From assembly GCF_020969955.1 (NCBI RefSeq), contig NZ_JAHDSX010000011.1, positions 1 to 32,000 on the forward strand: 32,000 nt of DNA, written 5' to 3'. Made by a program: the position numbers and the translations under genes. The notes beneath the pieces were generated by a model. It saw nothing but the letters and a program-made list of their open reading frames with translations. It was not told the DNA's origin and did no database searches. This document shows positions 25,674-32,000 of this stretch, one piece after another (within the stretch, counting starts at the first letter, position 1; each line of letters opens with the position of its first letter). Source of the stretch: Allobaculum fili. Lineage in GTDB: Bacteria > Bacillota_I > Bacilli_A > Erysipelotrichales > Erysipelotrichaceae.

Positions 25674-26090
25674 TTACGCAGCTTCTTCTTCCGCGGTTTC
25701 TGGGGCAGACGAATTATAGTACGTCTTGATGGCGTCGAACGTTTCCTGCGAAATCACGTGTTCAATCCGGCAGGCATCGTCTTCGGCGATCTGCGGATCG
25801 ACGCCGATGTTCGTAAGCATCTGCGTGAAAAATTCATGGCGCTGGTACGTATGCTGCGCCGCTTCTCTTCCCTTGTCCGAAAGGATCAGATGTTTATTGG
25901 GATCTGCGAGAAGATAGCCCTGTTCGGTAAGCATTTTGACGGCATGAGAGACCGAAGGCTTGGAAAAGCCGAGATGGCTGGCTACATCCACACTCCGTAC
26001 ATACGGCAGTTTGGTGGACAGTACAAGAATGGATTCGAGATAGTCTTCAACCGATTCCGTCAGGATCGGGTCTTTTTTATCGATCATCAT
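25674..26090 (-). CDS. mntR: DtxR/MntR-family metal-dependent transcriptional repressor
   Basis: 138 aa. It has the ...EDYLESILVL... start, a winged HTH (VRSVDVASHLGFSKPSVSHAVKMLTEQGYL) and a metal/dimerisation helix region (HEFFTQML...IEHVIS). Confidence 0.8.
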   Translation of the reverse strand: MMIDKKDPILTESVEDYLESILVLSTKLPYVRSVDVASHLGFSKPSVSHAVKMLTEQGYLLADPNKHLILSDKGREAAQHTYQRHEFFTQMLTNIGVDPQIAEDDACRIEHVISQETFDAIKTYYNSSAPETAEEEAA

Positions 26091-26285
26091 GCCATTAGTT
26101 TAAACAAACTCACATAGGGAGTCAACGAAGCCGGCCTTTTGGCAAAACGCGCAGACGAAACGGCTTCAATCGGAGCACGCCGGCTTTCTGTCAGACACCG
26201 GCTGTTCTCAATGCGGGTAAAATAGAAACAAATTTAAACGTGCAGAAATTGGCTATAGAAACAGATCAGACGAAAAGGAGACACC

Positions 26286-26810
26286 ATGTTAGTGACAACG
26301 CTTGGCTACATTCAAAGCAAAGACAAAGTACTCATGCTTCATCGCACAAAAAAGGAAAACGACATCAACAAGGAAAAATGGATTGGGATCGGCGGAAAGC
26401 TTGAAGACGGCGAAACGGTCCTGGGCTGCATGCAGCGCGAATGCCGGGAAGAAACCGGCCTACACTGGAATGATCCCAGACTCTGCGGCATCATCACCTT
26501 TAACTTTCGAAAACACGAAGAAGATCCGCTCTTTTCAGAACTTATGTTTCTGTACACGGGAGAACTCGATCCGCAGGAAGAAAAGCGCCTGCAGGAGTGC
26601 AGCGAAGGCGATCTGGTCTGGATGGACTGGAGCGCTATCGCCTCGCTCAATCTCTGGAAAGGCGATCGAATCTTTCTAAAGCTGCTCAAGGAACATGTCC
26701 CATTATTTTATATGGAACTGAACTATCTGGGCGACACGCTCACGCACGCGACACTGAATGAAAAAGAGCTGGATCTGAAGGATTCGTCCATCTATCTGGG
26801 GACAGACTGA
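26286..26810 (+). CDS. NUDIX hydrolase (MutT/8-oxo-dGTPase-like)
   Basis: Nudix box GGKLEDGETVLGCMQRECREETGL (GX5EX7REUXEEXGU). AAGGAG SD. Confidence 0.85.
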   Translation: MLVTTLGYIQSKDKVLMLHRTKKENDINKEKWIGIGGKLEDGETVLGCMQRECREETGLHWNDPRLCGIITFNFRKHEEDPLFSELMFLYTGELDPQEEKRLQECSEGDLVWMDWSAIASLNLWKGDRIFLKLLKEHVPLFYMELNYLGDTLTHATLNEKELDLKDSSIYLGTD

Positions 26811-26889
26811 TCGGCTGCTCCTTCCCGTCGCCAGCTTCAAATGAGAAGGATGGAACGCGACGGAATCCATGTCGAGATGCCTCCAGACT

Positions 26890-27471
26890 TCATTCGTTTA
26901 CGGTGCGCTTTTCTTCCTTCTGGAAATCCAGAAAGCGGACCTGTTCGTAGGAGAAAACCAGATTCTGGCTGGAATCAAACGCACAGATGTATTTTTGATC
27001 CGGTGAAACTTTATACCGGTATTTGAAGGGATAGGTTTTCAGTGCAGTCAGCGGATCCATGCCAATATACCAGTCGCCGAATTCATCCAGTTCATCATTT
27101 CGCATGGCCACATACTCTTCCCAGTCATCAAAGCCCTTATCGCCCGGTTCGTACAGTTTTTCCATTTTCACGAAATCGTAACGGTGGTCAAGGCGGTAAT
27201 TGTCGTCGTCAAAAAAGACAGTCAGGCTTTCGCAATCCTCACAAAGCCAGCAGTCCGGTTCTCTGGACGGTGCCCAGTCATAGCAGTCGTAAATATACTC
27301 AAAAATGTCAGGAGCTTTGTAGTCTATTCCCGGGTAGTCCGTCCCCACGAGGAATACTCCTGGATGCGCCTCCATAAATTCTTCAAAAAACGAAATGGAA
27401 AACGCGTTGATTTCCGGTTTTCCATCGCCATTCCACATATCGTATCCATTTATACAAAGGCAGTGTGCCAT
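26890..27471 (-). CDS. Hypothetical cytoplasmic protein, highly acidic and aromatic-rich; no family recognised
   Basis: 193-aa ORF with an AGGAGG SD 6-7 nt before the ATG at 27471. It has no signal peptide or TM. Hand count gives 42 D+E against 18 K+R. Contains a CxxCxxC motif (CWLCEDC). Confidence 0.6.
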   Translation of the reverse strand: MAHCLCINGYDMWNGDGKPEINAFSISFFEEFMEAHPGVFLVGTDYPGIDYKAPDIFEYIYDCYDWAPSREPDCWLCEDCESLTVFFDDDNYRLDHRYDFVKMEKLYEPGDKGFDDWEEYVAMRNDELDEFGDWYIGMDPLTALKTYPFKYRYKVSPDQKYICAFDSSQNLVFSYEQVRFLDFQKEEKRTVNE

Positions 27472-27487
27472 GTTCTTTCCCTCCTTT

Positions 27488-27595
27488 TCCTGTCCTTAAT
27501 CTGATTCCTGTCCTTAGTCTGATTCCTGTCCTTAGTCTGATTCCTGTCCTTAGTCTGATTCCTGTCCTTAGTCTGATTCCTGTCCTTAGTCTGAT
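27488..27595. repeat. Six head-to-tail copies of an 18-bp unit (tcctgtccttagtctgat on plus; ATCAGACTAAGGACAGGA on minus)
   Basis: Direct reading gives copies at 27488, 27506, 27524, 27542, 27560 and 27578. Copies 2-6 are identical; copy 1 has ...ttaat... instead of ...ttagt.... There are no spacers. Confidence 0.97.
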
Positions 27596-27641
27596 TTTAA
27601 CGGATCCGATTCTGGAAAAACGACCTGTTTTCCTGCCTGCA

Positions 27642-27680
27642 GAAAAAGTCTCCAGAACCTGCTGATGCGTTCTGGAGACT
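27642..27680 (-). terminator. Rho-independent terminator of metK
   Basis: 12-bp perfect stem agtctccagaac (27647-27658) / gttctggagact (27669-27680). On the minus strand it is followed by TTTTT. Confidence 0.85.
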
Positions 27681-27706
27681 TTGAATTTTGAAAACAGAAT
27701 TTCTAT

Positions 27707-28816
27707 TTAGCGCTTGAGCTCAATTACTTTTTCCCACGGAAGTTTGGGGTCGCCGAAATGACCGTAGTTGGTTGTACGGGTATAAATTGGTTTGCGCAGA
27801 TCGAGTTCTTCAAGAATATTGCCGACTTCGAAATTGAAGTTCTTCTTGACGATATCCATGATTTCTTCGTCGCTGACTTTGCCGGTGCCGAAGGTGTCCA
27901 CGAGAATCGAAACAGGTTCCTTGCGTCCGATGGCGTAAGCCACTTCGACTTCGCACTTGTCTGCCAGTCCATTGGCAACGATGTTCTTGGCTACCCAGCG
28001 GGCATAGTAAGCTGCCGAACGGTCTACTTTGGTCGGGTCTTTTGAAGAGAAGCATCCGCCGCCGATATGGCCCATTCCGCCATAGGTATCGCAGACAATC
28101 TTACGGCCTGTGGTGCCGGAGTCGCCGAAGGATCCGCCGACTACGAACGATCCGCTTGGGTTGATGAAGTATTTTGTATTTTCATCGAGAAGTTCAGACG
28201 GGATGACCGCATCGATGACTTCCTTGCGGATGAGCTTGCTGAGGTCTTCCTGGCTGATTTCTGGAGAATGCTGGGTGGAAACGACAATCGTATCAATGCG
28301 TACGGGCTTGTCATCCTTATATTCTACGGAAACCTGTGTCTTTCCGTCCGGACGCAGCAGATCCGGATGCTCGCGGCGAACTTTGGTCAGCTGACGGGAC
28401 AGCTTGTGCGCATAGTAAATTGGGGCCGGCATGAATTCATCCGTTTCGTTGGATGCGTAGCCGAACATGATGCCCTGGTCGCCGGCCGCAACCTCGAGCT
28501 TGCCGTCCTTGTTCTTGTTGACCGCGTTATGGATTTCCGGGGACTGCTTATTTACAACGGTGTGTACGTGATATTCTTCCGGATAGCCGATTTTCTTCAG
28601 AACGTCTTTGGCGATCTGTTCGAAATCGATGACGGCTTTCGTGTTGGCTTCGCCGTAAACCAGAATGAAATCATCCTTGATGGTGGCTTCTACCGCCATG
28701 TTGGAATTAGGATCCTGGCGAAGAGCTTCATCAACGATCGAGTCCGCAATCAGGTCACAGACTTTGTCTGGATGTCCTTCTGTTACCGACTCACTGGTAA
28801 AAATATAGTTTTTCAT
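27707..28816 (-). CDS. metK: S-adenosylmethionine synthetase
   Basis: Motifs GHPDKVCD, GDQGIMFGYA and GGGCFSSKDPTKVDRSAAY. ATG at 28816 lies 7 nt after AGGAGG; the extra codon in the track is a TTG. Confidence 0.97.
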   Translation of the reverse strand: MKNYIFTSESVTEGHPDKVCDLIADSIVDEALRQDPNSNMAVEATIKDDFILVYGEANTKAVIDFEQIAKDVLKKIGYPEEYHVHTVVNKQSPEIHNAVNKNKDGKLEVAAGDQGIMFGYASNETDEFMPAPIYYAHKLSRQLTKVRREHPDLLRPDGKTQVSVEYKDDKPVRIDTIVVSTQHSPEISQEDLSKLIRKEVIDAVIPSELLDENTKYFINPSGSFVVGGSFGDSGTTGRKIVCDTYGGMGHIGGGCFSSKDPTKVDRSAAYYARWVAKNIVANGLADKCEVEVAYAIGRKEPVSILVDTFGTGKVSDEEIMDIVKKNFNFEVGNILEELDLRKPIYTRTTNYGHFGDPKLPWEKVIELKR

Positions 28817-28901
28817 CAAATTTCCTCCTTATACATTCAGTTACGGGATACTTCATGAGAATGTGAAATACTTCCTGGAGATATTCGAAGTCCTTAACCA
28901 G

Positions 28902-29033
28902 AAAAAAAGCATACCGAAGCATGCTTATGTTATTCATCAGCGCCTTCGTTATCGATGTCAGCTGGGCCACCAGTTACGAGGTTGGCGCGGGATCATAGAG
29001 CTGACTCTCTCCCCCGACTCTTGATAAGAGTAT
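28902..29033 (-). promoter_or_regulatory. SAM-I (S-box) riboswitch with terminator expression platform, in the metK leader
   Basis: Minus strand reads CTCTTATCAAGAG-TCGGGGGAGAGAGTCAGCTCTATGATCCCGCGCCAACC...GGTGGCCCAGC...GATAACGAAGG. This matches the S-box core (CUUAUCAAGAG, K-turn UGA, GCAACC-like) with a GAG/CUC P2b. It is followed by the hairpin AAGCAT-GCTTCGGT-ATGCTT and T7 (28902-28926). Confidence 0.7.
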
Positions 29034-29046
29034 TTCAGTGCTTTTC

Positions 29047-29052
29047 ATTATA
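29047..29052 (-). promoter_or_regulatory. Candidate -10 box (TATAAT) for the S-box-metK transcript
   Basis: A perfect TATAAT on the minus strand lies about 15 nt upstream of the S-box P1. No convincing -35 is present at 17 nt (TTGACC lies 23 nt upstream). Confidence 0.35.
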
Positions 29053-29216
29053 GTGCAGGTATGAATTCTGGACCCGGTCAATGCCTTTGTTTTGCCCAAA
29101 AACCCGTTAGTTCAGTATAGCGAATTTTGTGTCCACGTGCTGTCGTTTTGATTTTTATCCCTGGTTTCGATGATCCGGTTCGTTAATAAGGACAAATTTC
29201 TTTTCCTGAAACGATG

Positions 29217-29246
29217 AAAAAGCGCCGCAAAGACGTTGCCGGCGCT
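29217..29246 (-). terminator. Rho-independent terminator of the asparaginase gene
   Basis: agcgcc (29221-29226) / ggcgct (29241-29246). On the minus strand it is followed by TTTTT. Confidence 0.55.
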
Positions 29247-29287
29247 TTTGTACGTTTTCTCTTATGATCTTCAGGGCGCGGTTTCGA

Positions 29288-30280
29288 TCAGTATTCTCGG
29301 AAGAGCGCGAGCATTTCTTCGCGCGGCACGCCGTAACTGAGCGCGAGCTGGGTAAGAATTCTCGCTTTATGCGGAGAGAGGCGATGGGCCGGAATGGTTT
29401 TCTTGAGCGGATCAAAAACCGGAGATTCAAAGGCTGCGCCTTCGAGCAGCCGGCTGGTGCGGACGATGAGCGCGGGTCCGGTGTAGTTTTCGATGACTTC
29501 CCGGATTTCCTGCGAATAGTTGCCCGAGCCGGATCCGGCGATAATGACGCCGTCATACGTTTCCAGCATGTACGCAAGCAGATCCGGATCGCTCTGCGCA
29601 TGGACATAATAAATTTCCACGCGTGCAAGCCGCGGAATCTGCTCAATCGCAAAGCGCGAATAAATGGTATGGCGGCGATACGGGGCGTGAATGAGATACG
29701 CCTTGTCATCCTGCATGTAGCCGATCGGACCTGGATCGCCGACTTCAAACGCGTCGGTCTTGATCGAATTGACTTTCGTCAGATCGCGGCCGGAATAAAT
29801 CGTATCCGACAGAACGGCGAGCACGCCCATTTTTTCCGCTTTGGGATTGGCGGCCAGAGCGACCGCCTGATACAGGTTCATCGGGCCGTCCGCACTCGTC
29901 GCGGTTGCCGGGCGCATGGCGCCGGTCATGACAATCGGCTTGGAGACATTCAGAACCAGGTTGAGGAAAAAGGCGGTTTCTTCGAGCGTGTCCGTTCCAT
30001 GGGTAATGACAATGCCATCGAACCGGTCGTCCTGTTCGAGTTCTTCCGCTTTGACCTTAATGCGAAACAGATCTTCTTCCGTAATGTCATTAGAATCCTT
30101 GGAGCAGACGGAAAAGACTTCCAGATCGGCGAGTTCCTGAATGGAGCTGACGCTGGAAAGAATCGACTCAACCGACAGGGTTCCCGCGCGATACGTCGCC
30201 GCTTCGCCCATCCGGCCGGATCCGGCAATCGTTCCGCCAGTCGAAATAATGGCGATGCGCTTTTTGGGTTTTGTTTCCAT
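29288..30280 (-). CDS. ansA: L-asparaginase, type II family, no signal peptide (B. subtilis AnsA-like)
   Basis: Motifs STGGTIAG, ITHGTDTLEETA and GAMRPATATSADGP; 330 aa. No SD lies directly before the ATG. Confidence 0.9.
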   Translation of the reverse strand: METKPKKRIAIISTGGTIAGSGRMGEAATYRAGTLSVESILSSVSSIQELADLEVFSVCSKDSNDITEEDLFRIKVKAEELEQDDRFDGIVITHGTDTLEETAFFLNLVLNVSKPIVMTGAMRPATATSADGPMNLYQAVALAANPKAEKMGVLAVLSDTIYSGRDLTKVNSIKTDAFEVGDPGPIGYMQDDKAYLIHAPYRRHTIYSRFAIEQIPRLARVEIYYVHAQSDPDLLAYMLETYDGVIIAGSGSGNYSQEIREVIENYTGPALIVRTSRLLEGAAFESPVFDPLKKTIPAHRLSPHKARILTQLALSYGVPREEMLALFREY

Positions 30281-30555
30281 AGCTTCACTTTGAACAGGGC
30301 TGCAATTTGGGCTCCTGTTTGTCTCCTTTCTCTGTATCTCTGTACGGCTTCGAGTGTATCACGAATTGAAGCCGTACACGGTTTGCACACAGGCGGATCG
30401 GGCGGGCGGCGATCCGGACAAAGAAAGCCTCTTTTCCTTTTTCTGCTTTACCTGCATGATTTTCAGGTACGGCCGTAAGGAAAATTTATTCATAATTCAA
30501 ATAAGAACCTTTCTATTATTTTCTAAGAGAATAAGAATATTGTGCTCTTCACGCT

Positions 30556-30584
30556 TTGTATCGCTCTTTTATGGAATATATACT
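30556..30584 (+). promoter_or_regulatory. Candidate sigma-A promoter of the ECF-S/kinase operon
   Basis: TTGTAT (30556-30561), a 17-nt spacer, then TATACT (30579-30584), about 20 nt upstream of the AAAGGAG SD. Confidence 0.4.
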
Positions 30585-30610
30585 GAAAGAGATCAAGAGA
30601 AAGAAAGGAG

Positions 30611-31201
30611 ATGCTGTATTTGAAACCTGTACAGAAACTGACCCTGTCGGCACTGTTTCTGGCCGCCGGTCTGGTTCTGCCCTTCCTTACCGGTCAGATT
30701 CAGTTCATTGGAAACATGCTCTGTCCCATGCATGTGCCGGTTCTGCTTTGCGGACTGATCTGCGGCTGGAAATACGGTCTGGTCGTCGGCGCAATTATGC
30801 CGCTGCTTCGAAGCGCTATGTTCTCGATGCCGCCGATGATGCCACAGGCTGTGGCCATGGCTTTTGAACTGGCCGCATACGGTGCCATTTCCGGATGGCT
30901 GTATCAGATCCAGAAAAAGCAGTCGATTGTAAGTGTCTATACGTCCCTGCTTGGCGCCATGATTGGCGGACGCATCATCTGGGGTGTCGTAATGGCTGTG
31001 CTGATGGGGCTCTCTGGTTCCGCCTTTACACTCAGCGCCTTCATTGCCGGCGCCTTCTCAAATGCCATCCCGGGAATTATCCTGCAGCTGACCGCAATCC
31101 CGCTTCTGATGGTAGTTCTCGACAAAACCGGCGTGCTTCGCTTTGAACGTCCCGCCGCATCCCAGAAAGCCGCCGTCTCGGCAGCCAAGGCGGAGGCATG
31201 A
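30611..31201 (+). CDS. ECF-transporter substrate-specific (S) component, specificity unknown
   Basis: About 190 aa with 5-6 TM. ...KLTLSALFLAAGLVLP...MHVPVLLCGLICGWKYGLVVGAIMPLLRS... is typical of ECF_trnsprt-type S components. The ATG at 30611 directly abuts GGAG, so TTG at 30620 may be the real start. Confidence 0.7.
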   Translation: MLYLKPVQKLTLSALFLAAGLVLPFLTGQIQFIGNMLCPMHVPVLLCGLICGWKYGLVVGAIMPLLRSAMFSMPPMMPQAVAMAFELAAYGAISGWLYQIQKKQSIVSVYTSLLGAMIGGRIIWGVVMAVLMGLSGSAFTLSAFIAGAFSNAIPGIILQLTAIPLLMVVLDKTGVLRFERPAASQKAAVSAAKAEA

Positions 31202-31833
31202 GTTCTTCAAACGAAAACCCAATACAGAACGGATCTGTTCCGTCCTCTCGGGCTGACCGATTGGATGCGATCGTAAAAACGCTCGAAGAAAAAAGGAGCC
31301 AGAGCGACAAGCCAATGTTCGTCGTCGCGATTGACGGTCGATGCGGATCAGGAAAGACGACTCTGGCCTCTCTGTTAGTGGACCGGCTGGACGACTGCTC
31401 CATCCTGCATATGGATGACTTTTTCCTTCGGCCAGAAGATCGAACGCCCGAACGTCTCAAGACTCCAGGTGCCAACGTCGATTACGAACGCATTCTCGAT
31501 GAAGTCCTGCTTCCTTTGCAGAAAAAGGAAGAAACGATCTATTGTCCCTTTTCCTGCAGAACCATGACTTTACAGTCGGCCCGCGCTTTGAAGCGTCCGC
31601 GCATTCTGCTTCTCGAAGGCACATACAGTGCCAGCGCTCACCTGCTCCCTTTTGTTGATTTTCTGCTCTTCCTGACGTGTTCTAAGGAAGAGCAGAAAGA
31701 ACGGCTTTTGAAACGGGAAGGTGCAGAGAAGTACGCAAACTTCGAAGCGAAATGGATTCCGCTCGAAGAAAACTATTTCGAAAACGGACTCGACACGAAC
31801 GCGATCGATCAGATTGTGGACACCAGCTTCTGA
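31198..31833 (+). CDS. P-loop nucleoside/vitamin kinase, uridine-kinase / nicotinamide-riboside-kinase-like
   Basis: Walker A IDGRCGSGKTT, HMDDFFLRPE and LLLEGTY motifs. The ATG overlaps the S-component TGA (ATGA at 31198-31201). Confidence 0.7.
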   Translation: MSSSNENPIQNGSVPSSRADRLDAIVKTLEEKRSQSDKPMFVVAIDGRCGSGKTTLASLLVDRLDDCSILHMDDFFLRPEDRTPERLKTPGANVDYERILDEVLLPLQKKEETIYCPFSCRTMTLQSARALKRPRILLLEGTYSASAHLLPFVDFLLFLTCSKEEQKERLLKREGAEKYANFEAKWIPLEENYFENGLDTNAIDQIVDTSF

Positions 31834-31899
31834 GGCCACCCGGTTTTAGACGTCTCTGTTTGAATGAACGATTTTTGGATCAATGAAAGGAATATTATC

Positions 31900-32000
31900 G
31901 TGGAAAAATCCAAAGTGTATTTTACCCGCAACACTGGACGCGACTCCTTAGTCCGTCTGTACAAAGCTTTAGGCAAGGAACTGAAAGGCAATGTAGCCGT
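31900..32000 (+). CDS. 5' end of a CDS, possibly a DUF362-type (Fe-S associated) protein; truncated by the window edge
   Basis: GTG at 31900, 9 nt after GAAAGG, opens VEKSKVYFTRNTGRDSLVRLYKALGKELKGNVAV.... The KVYFT... opening resembles DUF362 N-termini, recalled from memory. Only 33 codons are visible. Confidence 0.35.
   Translation, partial: MEKSKVYFTRNTGRDSLVRLYKALGKELKGNVA

Noticed and set aside
26091-26112. Possible MntR/DtxR operator around agtttaaacaaact (contains GTTTAAAC) just upstream of the repressor gene.
   Set aside because: It is only a short AT-rich imperfect palindrome, and I cannot match it to a known box from memory. This is not enough to call a site.
27488-27595. Possible CRISPR array.
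   Set aside because: The units are directly abutting with no spacers and are only 18 bp long. No cas genes or leader are present in the window.
27465-27665. 66-aa plus-strand ORF encoding (PVLSLI)n across the 18-bp repeats.
   Set aside because: The 18-bp period keeps any frame open by construction. The ORF has no SD, overlaps the start of the opposite-strand gene, and runs into the metK terminator. The repeats are better explained as non-coding.
29155-29748. 197-aa minus-strand ORF overlapping the 3' half of ansA in another frame.
   Set aside because: It overlaps a confidently identified gene on the same strand and crosses that gene's terminator. The translation is Arg/Ser-rich low complexity.

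Overview
This window looks like a core chromosomal segment of a Bacillota (Firmicutes)-type genome. It is densely coding and mostly transcribed on the minus strand. Recognisable genes, in order: fba; a polA-mutM-coaE-dnaB(DnaD-type)-dnaI replication/repair block with overlapping gene junctions; radC-mreC-mreD with no mreB; a tRNA operon Ser-Asp-Gly-Asp-Gly with a duplicated Asp-Gly unit; a FemAB-type transferase coupled to a thioredoxin-like lipoprotein; an ArsB/NhaD/CitMHS-type permease coupled to a cytidylate-kinase-like protein; a solitary GatZ/KbaZ-family protein; a PAP2 phosphatase; plsY; a secreted 3D-domain-like protein; eno; a long U32-family protein with a CX6CX15CX3C motif; a DtxR/MntR-type repressor; a NUDIX hydrolase; an orphan acidic protein; an S-box (SAM-I) leader plus metK; an L-asparaginase; and an ECF S-component coupled to an NRK/uridine-kinase-like kinase. 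I found no transposase, integrase, phage gene, CRISPR array or recognisable defence or toxin gene, so I cannot support a claim of an obvious novel multi-gene system here. The best leads are: (1) six perfect 18-bp tandem repeats that make up the whole leader/promoter of the orphan acidic protein gene (net charge about -24), with a 12-nt exact copy of the repeat core in the permease/gatZ divergent promoter region; (2) two separate translationally coupled transporter + P-loop kinase pairs; (3) a terminator-like attenuator in the permease leader; (4) several ORF-free, structured or repeat-bearing leaders. The many long antisense ORFs in the track are all in the codon-aligned antisense frame and are codon-usage artefacts. 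All calls rest on reading the translations and sequence by eye; no database search was possible.
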